A model generated the notes under the pieces. It did no database searches, was not told the DNA's origin, and was given only the letters and a program-made list of their open reading frames with translations. This document shows, piece by piece, positions 28,596-38,654 of a DNA stretch of 64,000 nt. The position numbers and the translations under genes are program-made. This stretch comes from a virus: positions 15,300 to 79,299 of the IMG/VR virus record IMGVR_UViG_3300025133_006719; one strand, given 5' to 3'. The first letter of the stretch is position 1. Each line of letters opens with the position of its first letter.

Positions 28596-29041
28596 TGGAA
28601 TACAAAGGACTAAAAGCAATGAAAATAAACGCACTAAAACTTCACCCTGACGCAATACTTCCAACTCAAGGAGCGCCGTTTGATGCTGGGTATGATCTAA
28701 CCAGCGTAGAACAGAAGGAAATTCCACCTATGGGAAGAACTGTTGTTCCTACTGGGATATCAATGGAGATTCCAGAAGGGTTCTACGGAAGAGTTGCTCC
28801 CAGAAGTGGACTTGCCGTTAAGAAAGGGATAGACGTTTTGGCAGGTGTAATAGATTCTGGTTACAGGAATGAAATCGGAGTGGTTTTGATTAATTTAGGA
28901 GACTCATCCGTCACACTTCCCGCAGGAACAAGGATTGCTCAAATTATAATAGAGAAATGTCACGAGGTAGAATGGAACGACGTAGAAGAGCTGGCTGCAT
29001 CCAATAGGGGACAAGGGGGCTTTGGAAGTACTGGCGTATGA
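28595..29041 (+). CDS. dut: dUTPase
   Basis: AGYDL, APRSGLA, GVID.GYR.E, RIAQ, RGQGGFGSTG. Confidence 0.97.
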   Translation: MEYKGLKAMKINALKLHPDAILPTQGAPFDAGYDLTSVEQKEIPPMGRTVVPTGISMEIPEGFYGRVAPRSGLAVKKGIDVLAGVIDSGYRNEIGVVLINLGDSSVTLPAGTRIAQIIIEKCHEVEWNDVEELAASNRGQGGFGSTGV

Positions 29042-29095
29042 AGCTGTATTAATATGTGAAGCTTGTCAGCAGTCCATTCGTCAAACATTAAACCT

Positions 29096-29320
29096 ATGAA
29101 GAATAAGGTAATTATAAGCTGGAATAGCAAGAACGGTGTGGTAATGGGTGTTAAACTTGAAGAAGGCGTGGATATTCAAGCTATTGAAGATGAGCTGAAT
29201 AGCGAAAACCCCAAAGACCCAACTAAACTTTTGTCTAAATATATGTCACAGGAAGATTTAGACTTCTTTAACCCCGTGGACGTAGAGACATCTGGATACA
29301 GAATTAAAAGGTTAGACTGA
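29096..29320 (+). CDS. hypothetical protein
   Basis: ORF. Confidence 0.55.
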   Translation: MKNKVIISWNSKNGVVMGVKLEEGVDIQAIEDELNSENPKDPTKLLSKYMSQEDLDFFNPVDVETSGYRIKRLD

Positions 29321-29322
29321 TA

Positions 29323-29919
29323 ATGGGAATGTTTGACGACATAATCGTACCGAAGTCCTACCTTAGAGGTATCCTAACGAAACAGCAGGAGAAGTTAATC
29401 AAGAATGACAACTACCAAACCAAGTGTTTAGAGAACTCTCTTTGCATTTACAAAGTTTACAGACATAAGCTTTATAAGAGCGACAAGCACCTTCCTCATA
29501 TCGAGGGGAAAAAGAAGTGGGTTTTTACCCCTCATACTGGCGCGGTTAGTTTTTATGAAAACTTCGAAAACGACAAAGGAGATTCTTACTGGGTTGAATT
29601 TATCTTTACTTTTGTTGAAGGGGTTGTAGACACAAAACTTTTAGTTAGGTTTGAGGTTTCCAGAACTGCCGAAGAAAAAGAAGAAGCGGATAAAGAATGG
29701 AAAGCTAAAAAGAAGACGAGAGACGCCTTCCGTAAAACACTAAAGTACAAAATATTTAATTTTCTGCAAGGCGTTCTTTTTTATTTGGGTACTTGGGCGA
29801 TGAAACAGACAGTAACCCCAACAAATCAAGAAACTGAGCCGGTAAAGAGACACTTAAAAAAGCATGAGAAAGCTCGGAAAACCGCCCAAAAAAAGAAGCT
29901 TCCCAAGTCAAAAGTATAA
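29323..29919 (+). CDS. conserved phage protein (MGMFD...YQTK type)
   Basis: MGMFD start, YQTKCL, F..G motif typical of a common phage family. Confidence 0.6.
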   Translation: MGMFDDIIVPKSYLRGILTKQQEKLIKNDNYQTKCLENSLCIYKVYRHKLYKSDKHLPHIEGKKKWVFTPHTGAVSFYENFENDKGDSYWVEFIFTFVEGVVDTKLLVRFEVSRTAEEKEEADKEWKAKKKTRDAFRKTLKYKIFNFLQGVLFYLGTWAMKQTVTPTNQETEPVKRHLKKHEKARKTAQKKKLPKSKV

Positions 29920-30118
29920 AGAGCTGTACCGAGAATGCCCTCCTATTCCGGGTCCCACCTGCCCTCACATAGACAAAGCGCAGCAGTATCTAGAGGAATT
30001 AAGAGATCAAAATGAAGCCCTGAGAGACGTTGGCAAGTATTGGCGTGAGATAAGCATGGACTTACTTCAAGAGACTTGTGATCTTAATAGATACATAGCT
30101 ACGCTAGAAAAAGAGTAA
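29864..30118 (+). CDS. hypothetical coiled-coil protein
   Basis: TCP.ID......LEELR..N..LR motif. Confidence 0.6.
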   Translation: MRKLGKPPKKRSFPSQKYKELYRECPPIPGPTCPHIDKAQQYLEELRDQNEALRDVGKYWREISMDLLQETCDLNRYIATLEKE

Positions 30119-30133
30119 GTGTAATGTTATAGT

Positions 30134-30823
30134 ATGAAAAAGTTAATATTGATACTCTTTACCGTCAGTCTTCACGCTGGGGAGACGAACACATATAACA
30201 ACATAGTGACAAGGAATGCCTTTAACTTAACAAGTAAAGCGCCCACTCCACTTTTGCCACCAGTTAGTGAAATTTTAGCTCCAAGTGTTTTTATGACCGG
30301 TATTACTAGGTGGAACGGAACCAATAAGGTCCATCTTGTTCTTAGAGGAGTTGGGCAGTCGGACAAATTTGTTTCGCTTGGAGCAAACGAAAGGCAATAT
30401 AATATTGAGGTTAAAAACATACTCAAAGATTCAGCTCTTATTTCATCCAACGGTAACCTCCAGCTACTAAACTTTAAAGCCAACAGACTTCCAAGTATTA
30501 TAACAAAAGCGCCGACAACTAAGAAAACTTCCCTCTCTAGTCGTTATTCACGAGACAGAAAAGAAGAGAGCAAAAGCAACAAAGACAACAAGAATCCCAC
30601 CCCTCCTTCCGCTAACGTTGTTAAAGTTCCTTCCCGTAGGCCCGTAGTTGATCCTCGCGTTATAGAAAAAAGCTTAGAGTATTTAGCTAAAACAGAGAAT
30701 GACGACAAGAGAGAGTATGTCTTACAAAGGCTAGAAAGACTTCAAAACGGTCAAGAGAACATAGACAGGAAGATTGACCATAATGAAATGCGTAGGCAGT
30801 ACGACAAACGGAAGGAAAACTAG
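30134..30823 (+). CDS. secreted protein, GspC/PilP-like (Verrucomicrobia-type)
   Basis: Signal peptide, Y..IV.RN.F.L, Pro-rich linker, TGI...beta-sandwich. Confidence 0.5.
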   Translation: MKKLILILFTVSLHAGETNTYNNIVTRNAFNLTSKAPTPLLPPVSEILAPSVFMTGITRWNGTNKVHLVLRGVGQSDKFVSLGANERQYNIEVKNILKDSALISSNGNLQLLNFKANRLPSIITKAPTTKKTSLSSRYSRDRKEESKSNKDNKNPTPPSANVVKVPSRRPVVDPRVIEKSLEYLAKTENDDKREYVLQRLERLQNGQENIDRKIDHNEMRRQYDKRKEN

Positions 30824-30910
30824 TGTCCGAATGCTTGGACTGCAAAAAGTCATTTGACGAAATTAGCTTGACTTGGGTGCCCCAACGTGGTAAATTGGTT
30901 CTTCTATGTG

Positions 30911-31282
30911 ATGAATGCAATGATAACCGCGAAAGAGAACGTAAAGATAGTCCAAAAGAGCTGGGGACGAGAAATATGGATGGCCAACAATGAGAAGGAG
31001 AACTATTGCGGAAAGATCCTAGAGATATTTCCCGGAAATTCTACTTCCTTACATTTTCACTCTTTAAAGCATGAGACTTTTTATGTCTTAGAGGGTCGCT
31101 TACAAGTAAATACGGTAGACACACAAACAACCGAAGTTACTGAGAATTATATAGAAGAAGGAGAATCGTTTTCCTTAAATAGGCTTATCCCCCATAAGCT
31201 GATAGCTGGAGATAACCTTGTTAAGTTCGTGGAGATAAGCACCCACCACAAAGATGAGGATAGCTATAGAGTAATCCGCTAA
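30911..31282 (+). CDS. cupin (mannose-6-phosphate isomerase-like)
   Basis: K.WG.E.W, YCGKIL, SLHFH..KHETFYV, PH, EIST. Confidence 0.85.
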   Translation: MNAMITAKENVKIVQKSWGREIWMANNEKENYCGKILEIFPGNSTSLHFHSLKHETFYVLEGRLQVNTVDTQTTEVTENYIEEGESFSLNRLIPHKLIAGDNLVKFVEISTHHKDEDSYRVIR

Positions 31283-31286
31283 TAAA

Positions 31287-31886
31287 ATGAATATAACGAA
31301 GTCTATCAGGCTTAACAACAGTCAGCTAAAAGATTTAGCCCAAGTAGGTAAAAGCAGGCATGAAGCTAAAGATATATCATTTAGAAACGCAAGCAAACAC
31401 GGAAGCTTCAAAAAATATAAGACTAACAAAGTAGTCAACTTGTACAACTTAGAGGTAACTGAAAGACACATCCCCCATATAGCTGGCGTTATTGGAGAGT
31501 ATGCTTACGGAAAGTTTATAGGCGAAGATATAGATAGGAAGATATACTCCGTAAGAGATGATGGCGTAGATTTCAAGAACGGAGCAGAAGTTAAGACTTC
31601 AACATTTTACGGCGGCTCATGGGGAGAGACAGAGCTTAAAATACCCAAAAGGGAGTATCTAGAAAGGAGCCCAAAATTATACATTTTAGCGAGACTAAGC
31701 TCGGAGATTTTAGTAAAGTCTCCCCCTTTCTTAATGGTGGAAATATTAGGTCAAATATCAAGTGGCAAATTTGAGTCTATTAAAGAGGTGAAGCAATACA
31801 TAGGAGGTGGCCCCGTCAATTACGTAGTTGGAGCGAGTCGCCTTGACCCGGTTTCCCCAATAGAAGAACATTGGTATTTTAAGTGA
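31287..31886 (+). CDS. hypothetical protein, possible PD-(D/E)XK nuclease
   Basis: GE.A, DDG.DF....EVKT. Confidence 0.5.
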   Translation: MNITKSIRLNNSQLKDLAQVGKSRHEAKDISFRNASKHGSFKKYKTNKVVNLYNLEVTERHIPHIAGVIGEYAYGKFIGEDIDRKIYSVRDDGVDFKNGAEVKTSTFYGGSWGETELKIPKREYLERSPKLYILARLSSEILVKSPPFLMVEILGQISSGKFESIKEVKQYIGGGPVNYVVGASRLDPVSPIEEHWYFK

Positions 31887-32362
31887 TGAAATTAGCAATA
31901 GTTAGTGGTGGATTTGATCCCGTCCATGTCGGGCATTTAGAATGTTTCGAAAAGGCTAAAAGCATGGCCGATCATTTGTTTGTGATAGTCAATGATGATA
32001 AGTTCCTAGAACGTAAAAAAGGTAAGGCGTTCATGAATTGGCGGGAGAGATTAACAATAACACAAGCTTTTAAGCCGGTTACAATGGCTCTTCTATCTAT
32101 CGACGATGACGATACCGTTTGTAAGACCTTGGAGTGGATCAACAGCGTTTTCAAAGATAGATACGACAAGATAGCGTTCTGCAACGGAGGGGATAGAACT
32201 ATCGACGCCGAAAAGCCAGAGCATAAACTCTGTCTAGATTTAGGGATTAAGCCTATCTACGGCTTAGGAGATAAAATACAAAGCAGCAGTTGGTTAACCT
32301 CGGGGAGCGAACAAGCTCCAGCCCAAGAACGCCAGTCTAATGCGGGGAGCCTATTCTTTTAA
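31886..32362 (+). CDS. cytidylyltransferase-family nucleotidyltransferase (HldE/RfaE domain II-like)
   Basis: SGGFDPVHVGH, VN.D..L..KKG, NGGDR, K.QSSS. Confidence 0.88.
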   Translation: MKLAIVSGGFDPVHVGHLECFEKAKSMADHLFVIVNDDKFLERKKGKAFMNWRERLTITQAFKPVTMALLSIDDDDTVCKTLEWINSVFKDRYDKIAFCNGGDRTIDAEKPEHKLCLDLGIKPIYGLGDKIQSSSWLTSGSEQAPAQERQSNAGSLFF

Positions 32363-32413
32363 AACAAATTTTATAGGATCGTATTCTATAATTAGTAAAA
32401 CAAAATAAACATT

Positions 32414-32644
32414 ATGAGTGACTTCTTAAGTTATAAATATATGATAACTCCGGGAATCTTAAAGATTCTGAGTTATATCGCTATGGTCGGTTGTGTTATC
32501 GCTGGCATATTTACGGCATTCGTCGAGCCAGTTAGCGGCATCGGTATGATTGTTCTTGGGCCAATATTGGCGCGTATATATACCGAGTTGATGCTGGTTA
32601 TGTTCGAGATACACAATGAGCTTAAAAAACTGAACGACAAGTAA
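32414..32644 (+). CDS. DUF4282 family membrane protein
   Basis: MITP.I...L, two TM helices, RIY.E...V.F.I. Confidence 0.75.
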   Translation: MSDFLSYKYMITPGILKILSYIAMVGCVIAGIFTAFVEPVSGIGMIVLGPILARIYTELMLVMFEIHNELKKLNDK

Positions 32645-32652
32645 AGTGCTCT

Positions 32653-32729
32653 GCCCCGATAGCTCAATTGGACAGAGCATCTGCCTTCTAAGCAGAGGGT
32701 TTCTGGTTCGAGTCCAGATCGGGGTACCA
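32653..32729 (+). tRNA. tRNA-Arg(UCU)
   Basis: Acceptor GCCCCGA/TCGGGGT, anticodon arm TCTGC-CTTCTAA-GCAGA, GGTTCGAGTCC T-arm, encoded CCA. Confidence 0.97.
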
Positions 32730-32738
32730 TGTATATAA

Positions 32739-33602
32739 ATGATTATGGACCAAACGCCAGAAGATAACAAAGTTCACAATTCTGAAAATTCAGAAGTATT
32801 AGTCGTCGGCGAAAGCTGTAAGGACGTTTTCACCTACGGCTACGCAACGAGGCTCTGCCCAGACGTTCCAGCGCCGGTTTTCAAACCCGTGAGCGACACG
32901 GAAGGGATGGGCATGGCTGGTAACGTTTTTCTAAACCTAGAAGGGTTGGGGATAGAGTGCGACATCCTAACCAACAGGAGAGACTGCCAGAAACATAGGT
33001 ATGTAGACATGAAAACAAACCACACATTACTTAGGGTAGACACCAACGATGATATACCAAGAGTACCTGACCGCTGGCTAAAAGGCTACGACCTCTCCAA
33101 ATACAAAGCTATAGTCGTAGCTGACTACGGCAAAGGGTTCTTAGAGGAAGAGGATATAAAATATTTATGCGATAATCATGACAAAGTCTTTTTAGACACC
33201 AAGAAGGTCTTGGGAGATTATTGCGCCAATGTTAAATTTATTAAAATAAACAAACCAGAGTATGACGCAATTAAAGATAAAATCAACCTAGAAGACTGGG
33301 TAGAGAAGTTAATAGTAACGCTTGGAGACTTTGGATGCACCCACTTAAAGGTAGACTCAAAATCTAAATATTATTTTAAATCTCACCCAATTGAAGACCC
33401 ATCGGACATAATAGACTTATCTGGAGCTGGGGATTCTTTTCAGGCTGGTTTGGTATTTAAATACCTAGAAACGGAAGACATTGATCAGGCGTTAAATTTC
33501 GCTAACATAACAGCCAACGACGCTGTTCGAAAGAAAGGTGTTAGTGTAATTAAGAAAGAAGGAGAAAATAATGAAGAAGTCGACAAAAGGCAAGAAAGTT
33601 GA
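32739..33602 (+). CDS. PfkB-family kinase (HldE/RfaE heptose-7-phosphate kinase-like)
   Basis: RLCP..PAPV, G.A.NV..NL, DY.KG, D.SGAGD.F. Confidence 0.85.
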   Translation: MIMDQTPEDNKVHNSENSEVLVVGESCKDVFTYGYATRLCPDVPAPVFKPVSDTEGMGMAGNVFLNLEGLGIECDILTNRRDCQKHRYVDMKTNHTLLRVDTNDDIPRVPDRWLKGYDLSKYKAIVVADYGKGFLEEEDIKYLCDNHDKVFLDTKKVLGDYCANVKFIKINKPEYDAIKDKINLEDWVEKLIVTLGDFGCTHLKVDSKSKYYFKSHPIEDPSDIIDLSGAGDSFQAGLVFKYLETEDIDQALNFANITANDAVRKKGVSVIKKEGENNEEVDKRQES

Positions 33603-33753
33603 TGTTGAGCTTGAGGCTATGAAGCAGGAGATTATCTCCATGATCCAAAACACCACCGATAAAGTCAAGGTAAGTAGAGCTTACGAGTGCCTAACGGGCT
33701 ACGCAACTCAAAGCCACCCAACTAACTCATCTCAAATAAGAGTAATAACATAA
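33571..33753 (+). CDS. hypothetical protein
   Basis: ORF with AGGAG SD. Confidence 0.55.
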   Translation: MKKSTKGKKVDVELEAMKQEIISMIQNTTDKVKVSRAYECLTGYATQSHPTNSSQIRVIT

Positions 33754-33766
33754 ACGACGACATGAC

Positions 33767-33976
33767 ATGGAAGTAAAGAGTAATGAATTAATCCAGTTTG
33801 TTAACTTTATAAACGAATGTTGTGAGGTCATACCAGACGAAGAGGTTGCTGATTGGATACATAAGCCGCACCCAGATTTAAATATGGAGTCGCCCTTTAA
33901 CCTTTTTAAAGAGAACGAGATAGAAAGAGTCTTAAGACTATTGTATTTTATAGAAATGGACGAAGCAGACAAATGA
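33767..33976 (+). CDS. stand-alone Xre/MbcA/ParS antitoxin C-terminal domain (DUF2384-like)
   Basis: E.VADW...PHPDL...SP..L......RV.RLL pattern. Confidence 0.65.
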   Translation: MEVKSNELIQFVNFINECCEVIPDEEVADWIHKPHPDLNMESPFNLFKENEIERVLRLLYFIEMDEADK

Positions 33977-34515
33977 AAGAAGTATTTCAATTAAGCAGGA
34001 AGGAGGTAATGGCATCAGCCTTATCATTAAATAGCGATTGGGAAGATTCTCCACTAGAAGCGCTCTATGTGGGGGATAGGTCTTTTGCGGTTTTAGACAA
34101 AAGCTGGGTTATAAAAAAAGCCTACCCAGCTTACAAGAAGTGGCTGAATTTCCAAAATATAGATAAATGGAGGAACAATTGGGATTGTGATAATTTCGCC
34201 TATTCCTTTAAGTCGTTCTTGCAAGTGCTTCACGCCCAGCACAACCCATACACTTTCACAGAAAAGCGTAAAAAGAATGTCGAAAACACGACAGATGCAG
34301 AGTCCGTTGCTGTGAGCGTGATATATTACACTATAAAAAGAAAAGGCAGTAGCTCAATGCATGCTATAAATATGCTCATAGCTACCAATTCCCAAGGGTT
34401 CTTAACGGAAGGTTGTCCCCATCAGTACGGCCCATCTTTTTTTGAGCCAGACGGAGGAGTAGAAGTCAAACTATCAAAAGAAGAGAAAGATTCAATATGT
34501 TACATAAACTTTTAA
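33973..34515 (+). CDS. papain-like Cys-protease fold protein (Agglutinin_C-like)
   Basis: WDCDNFA, HAIN, FFEP (Cys-His-Glu triad). Confidence 0.65.
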   Translation: MKEVFQLSRKEVMASALSLNSDWEDSPLEALYVGDRSFAVLDKSWVIKKAYPAYKKWLNFQNIDKWRNNWDCDNFAYSFKSFLQVLHAQHNPYTFTEKRKKNVENTTDAESVAVSVIYYTIKRKGSSSMHAINMLIATNSQGFLTEGCPHQYGPSFFEPDGGVEVKLSKEEKDSICYINF

Positions 34516-34627
34516 TTAAAATGTTCGGCCTAAAGGGTAAAGTCGAATCCGAGATAAAGAAAGAGATCTTTATAAAGCCGGAGTATAAATGGATATACAA
34601 CACTAATAAAACAAACGATGCCAAATA

Positions 34628-34840
34628 ATGAAACAAAAAGCGGCCAAATCCTCGGTAAAGATTTGGTCAAACGTTCATTCGGTTTTTTTGCCGGTAGTGA
34701 GTCTCTTGTCGGTAATAATTTACTACTTACTGGTTTTAGGCATATCACTGATTGTATTGGTATTCTCAGACAAGCGTATGAGGAGAGCCTTCATAATCTT
34801 ACTATTGTTTACGTTTGTGATTCTCTGGATCTTAAGTTAG
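34628..34840 (+). CDS. small membrane protein
   Basis: Strongly hydrophobic, 2-3 TM. Confidence 0.5.
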   Translation: MKQKAAKSSVKIWSNVHSVFLPVVSLLSVIIYYLLVLGISLIVLVFSDKRMRRAFIILLLFTFVILWILS

Positions 34841-34900
34841 GGAATATCAACAAGCGGGTTCCCTTGAGGACGACTTTTGATGTAATATATAAGTAAGGAC

Positions 34901-35107
34901 ATGAATATCTCAGAGTTCGAAAGGACAAAGCCGGTTGAGACGATGCGGGAATTAAACCGCCTAATAAACAAATACACAATCATATCTAAAGATGAATCAG
35001 CGGAGGAAGACGTTAGTTCAAGCGTCCATCTCGTTACCTCACGTTTCTCTGAAGAAGTAAAAGATGATTTAGTTAAGTTTAAGGCGATATTCCATACAGG
35101 GACTTAA
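34901..35107 (+). CDS. hypothetical protein
   Basis: ORF with AAGGA SD. Confidence 0.6.
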   Translation: MNISEFERTKPVETMRELNRLINKYTIISKDESAEEDVSSSVHLVTSRFSEEVKDDLVKFKAIFHTGT

Positions 35108-35745
35108 TGAAAGTAAAGCTAGTATCCGTTACCTCCTCTAAAATAGAGGGCATGAATAACGCAGAGGAGATTATTGTCTACTGCGCTAGAGTTAGTAGTC
35201 CTAAAAACCAGTTAAATAAAGAGTCTTCTTCTAAATTATTAAGCTTTTTAATCAAACACGCGCATTGGTCTCCTTTTGAGTTAGCGTCGATGTGTTTAGA
35301 AATAAAGACTAGTAGAGGTATAGCGGCCCAAATACTGCGCCATAGAAGTTTTAGCTTCCAAGAGTTTAGCCAAAGATATTCTGAAGTCCAAGGGTTGGAG
35401 CCTTTAGAGCTTAGAAAACAGGCCGATAAAAATAGACAATCAAGTTCAGATGCTTTTACAAATGGCTTATTAAATACAAAAGTTAGAGAACATACAGCTA
35501 AAAGCATATCTTTATATAATAGTTTAATTTCAGCCGGAGCAGCGAAGGAAAGCGCAAGGTTCATCCTGCCGCTAACAACAGAAACAACAATGTACATGCA
35601 GGGCTCAGTAAGAAGTTGGATACATTATATAAATTTAAGAGCTCAAGAAAACACACAAAAAGAGCACAGAGATATCGCCGAAGCTTGTAGGCAAATATTT
35701 ATTGAAGAATTCCCAAATATAAGCGTTGCATTAGAATGGAAATAA
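35107..35745 (+). CDS. thyX: FAD-dependent thymidylate synthase
   Basis: HWSPFE, RHRSFSFQEFSQRY, ESAR.ILP, Q.EHR. Confidence 0.96.
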   Translation: MKVKLVSVTSSKIEGMNNAEEIIVYCARVSSPKNQLNKESSSKLLSFLIKHAHWSPFELASMCLEIKTSRGIAAQILRHRSFSFQEFSQRYSEVQGLEPLELRKQADKNRQSSSDAFTNGLLNTKVREHTAKSISLYNSLISAGAAKESARFILPLTTETTMYMQGSVRSWIHYINLRAQENTQKEHRDIAEACRQIFIEEFPNISVALEWK

Positions 35746-36419
35746 AACAATTAAAAGACTTTGATCTTGGGAGTTTTAAGGGGTCGTATCTTGAGAGCGA
35801 GATAGAGAGCGGGGTGTACGACCCCGTCAAGGAAATAAAAGAAAATGATATAGTAGTAGATATGGGGGCCAGCACAGGGATTGTATCTTGGCTCGCCAAG
35901 GATATGAAGCCCAAGCATATTTACATGTACGAGCCGTTTCCGAGCCACATACAAATAATTAAAGAAAACTTCAGCGGCCAAGATAATTGGACTCTTATCG
36001 AGAAAGCGGTTTCTAATGTTAGCGGCCAGCATCAAATAAGCTGGGAGGGAAACCCCATTGTTGAATCTACCACCTTCGCCGAGATTGCAAAACAGCACGA
36101 TAGGATAGATTTCCTAAAGATCGACATAGAAGGCGACGAATACCATGTCTTCACAGAAGAGAACTTAGATTATATAAATAACCACACAGGGATTATAGTT
36201 GTGGAATTCCATATGAGTAAAGTAGGGCTTAATTATACCAACGACAAAGAAAGGTTCCGAAACTTCAGGGATAACATCCTGCCCAAAATAAACAAACAAA
36301 TAACAGTTAACTCTACAGATATGACAGATATCAAATGGGATTTATATAATGAACACTTCATAGAGTATTATACTTGTGTAATATTTACTTTCAGACCTAG
36401 TGCACTACTAGAGAGCTAG
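35736..36419 (+). CDS. FkbM family methyltransferase
   Basis: DMGASTG, EP, LKIDIEG.E. Confidence 0.85.
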   Translation: MEIKQLKDFDLGSFKGSYLESEIESGVYDPVKEIKENDIVVDMGASTGIVSWLAKDMKPKHIYMYEPFPSHIQIIKENFSGQDNWTLIEKAVSNVSGQHQISWEGNPIVESTTFAEIAKQHDRIDFLKIDIEGDEYHVFTEENLDYINNHTGIIVVEFHMSKVGLNYTNDKERFRNFRDNILPKINKQITVNSTDMTDIKWDLYNEHFIEYYTCVIFTFRPSALLES

Positions 36420-36488
36420 TCATGTATAACTACGATATACTCCCAGAAGAAACCGAAGAAGAATACTTTGTGTGGGTTTGGTGATGCC

Positions 36489-37202
36489 GTGACAACGATT
36501 AAATTCCTAAAGAAGCTAAAAGCCCTAGGCTTCAATCCTGCAAACATTTTAGATATAGGAGCACATTGGGGCCGCTTCGGCGAACACTGTATTTCTGTAT
36601 TTAAAAAGGCCAACATCATGATGGTCGAACCAATTAAATATAAAGAATTAAAAAAATCTTGCCAATCAAACCAGTTCTCGTGCAGAAACGTCTTATTGGA
36701 CGAGTGCGAGCAAATGCGTGACTGGCATGAAATGAGAGACACAGGAGATTCCATGTACAAAGAAAAGACGAGGTATTATGAGAATTGCGCTATCTACAAA
36801 CGGAAAACGACGACCTTAGATGTTGAGTTTCGTGGGTATTTTTCTTCAGGGCCAGAATTAATTAAAATAGATACACAGGGTGCAGAAATACCGATACTAA
36901 AAGGAGGGAAAGAAACTATTAGAAATAATGAAATAATTATAATGGAGGTACCTCTTGTAGGATCATACAATGAAAATGCTCCTAATTTTTCCGAGTATAT
37001 TAGTTACTTAGATGACGCAGGGTACACTCCGCTAGAACTACTCAAACCCGGGGCCTTCTGCTACAGAGAGGTGACTAAGTGTATGACAGATGGTGCCGAT
37101 TTCTCTATCCACACGGATATAGCTTTTATTAAAAAGGGGCATAAACTGCTTGATAAACAACAAGCCCAAATCTTAGAATTAGGAAAGCGTACTAATGAAT
37201 GA
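36489..37202 (+). CDS. FkbM family methyltransferase
   Basis: DIGAHWG, EP, IKIDTQGAE; start uncertain. Confidence 0.85.
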   Translation: MTTIKFLKKLKALGFNPANILDIGAHWGRFGEHCISVFKKANIMMVEPIKYKELKKSCQSNQFSCRNVLLDECEQMRDWHEMRDTGDSMYKEKTRYYENCAIYKRKTTTLDVEFRGYFSSGPELIKIDTQGAEIPILKGGKETIRNNEIIIMEVPLVGSYNENAPNFSEYISYLDDAGYTPLELLKPGAFCYREVTKCMTDGADFSIHTDIAFIKKGHKLLDKQQAQILELGKRTNE

Positions 37203-37921
37203 AAAGCAAGAATTATAGGTGGCACATTGCTCATATAGAAGTTGCCCAAAAATTGTCTTCTTGGGACGAGGATTGCTTGGGGATCCTGCATAAAGGCATC
37301 AATATTCCACAGTTAGACAAGAGCAAACCTCTTAATGTTATTGATGTAGGTGGTAATACGGGCATGTTTGTTGAATATTTACTTAATCATACTGAATATT
37401 CGCTAGACCGTGTGGTGATGTTCGAGCCAGTACCTCTGTATGCAAGATGGGCTAGTTTTAAATACTCCAAATTATTGTCAAAACCCTTCGTCCAGACTGT
37501 AGAGGCTGGATTGTCAGACGAAACAGGGGACTGCGAGATAGCTGTAAACAAAGATGGCAATCTAGGTTGGAACACGATGGTTCCGGAATGGAAGGAGAAT
37601 TACTTCTGTTCTGACAATATCATAAGAACTCGTGTTTTTAAATTTGATGATATTGTTGATACTTTTGAGTTGGATGGTATTGATTTAGTTAAAATAGATA
37701 CAGAAGGGTGGGAGCTTAATGTTATGAAGGGTATGCTTGAGAGCATAAAGAAATTTAAACCTGTTCTCCTTGTGGAAATAGCGGAAGGCAGTAACCACTT
37801 AAAAATAGATGAGCTAAAGTCTTTCTTGGGAGAGCTTCGGTCAATAGGATATGAATTTACCGAAAATTGGCCGGATAAGACTTTCGACTTAGCCCTTTCC
37901 GCCAATAATTCTACTCCGTAG
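37199..37921 (+). CDS. FkbM family methyltransferase
   Basis: DVGGNTG, FEPVP, VKIDTEGWE. Confidence 0.88.
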   Translation: MKSKNYRWHIAHIEVAQKLSSWDEDCLGILHKGINIPQLDKSKPLNVIDVGGNTGMFVEYLLNHTEYSLDRVVMFEPVPLYARWASFKYSKLLSKPFVQTVEAGLSDETGDCEIAVNKDGNLGWNTMVPEWKENYFCSDNIIRTRVFKFDDIVDTFELDGIDLVKIDTEGWELNVMKGMLESIKKFKPVLLVEIAEGSNHLKIDELKSFLGELRSIGYEFTENWPDKTFDLALSANNSTP

Positions 37922-38647
37922 CTATCTCCTACGGTGTTTTATAAAGAAATCTTTTTCTTGAGTTTGTTTGTGCCGTAAGCCCCATTGAGTGGGGTCGGGA
38001 AGAGCTGGAATTCGGAGCGACTTAGTTAATATGCTCCAGATAGCTTGGTCGTGACGATGCTCTATAAAACCTTGGAATTCGTCCTCTTGTGGCTCCGTAT
38101 CCATTATAATTTCAGGGTCGCTCCCAAGCTCTAGCCATTTGTTTACAACTTCAAGGGAATAGTCAGTTCTCTTGACGACGGCAAAGCTGGCCATTCTTTG
38201 ATCGGAGTTGTAGATTCCCCGAGCAAATTCGGATTCCGCTGCGGCCCCTAATATTTTATGCGCGGCATTTTTGCGGCAATACTGATGTTCTTTATGATAC
38301 CCCGCCATCTCAAAAGCAAACAGATTAAACTCTTCCTGTTTTAATTTTTTGATAATTAAGTCTAGGGGTTTGGGGTTGATAAATCGAGAACCCGCATCCG
38401 AATAAAAAACTATATCCCCTTCTTGGGCTTCGCGCAAAGTTTTCGCTATAAAATAAGGTTTCCATAGCCAGTATCCAGCTCCTCTTTGCCGAGATAAAAT
38501 AAGCTCATTCTTTGTAAGAAATTCTTCGTCTATGTGCTCTTTCTTATACTGAATGACAGCATCAAAGCCCATCTCAATCCCCGAAAGGGAGTTCTGTTTT
38601 CTAGATTCATAAAAAGCAAGATCTGCGTAATTGATCAAATAGTTCAT
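37922..38647 (-). CDS. putative glycosyltransferase
   Basis: RGAGYWLWKP, Y.DAG, HRHDQ motifs. Confidence 0.7.
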   Translation of the reverse strand: MNYLINYADLAFYESRKQNSLSGIEMGFDAVIQYKKEHIDEEFLTKNELILSRQRGAGYWLWKPYFIAKTLREAQEGDIVFYSDAGSRFINPKPLDLIIKKLKQEEFNLFAFEMAGYHKEHQYCRKNAAHKILGAAAESEFARGIYNSDQRMASFAVVKRTDYSLEVVNKWLELGSDPEIIMDTEPQEDEFQGFIEHRHDQAIWSILTKSLRIPALPDPTQWGLRHKQTQEKDFFIKHRRR

Positions 38648-38654
38648 GTGTAAT

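Noticed and set aside
32459-32770. Minus-strand ORFs 32459-32770 and 32473-32730
   Set aside because: They are antisense shadows of the tRNA-Arg and DUF4282 gene.
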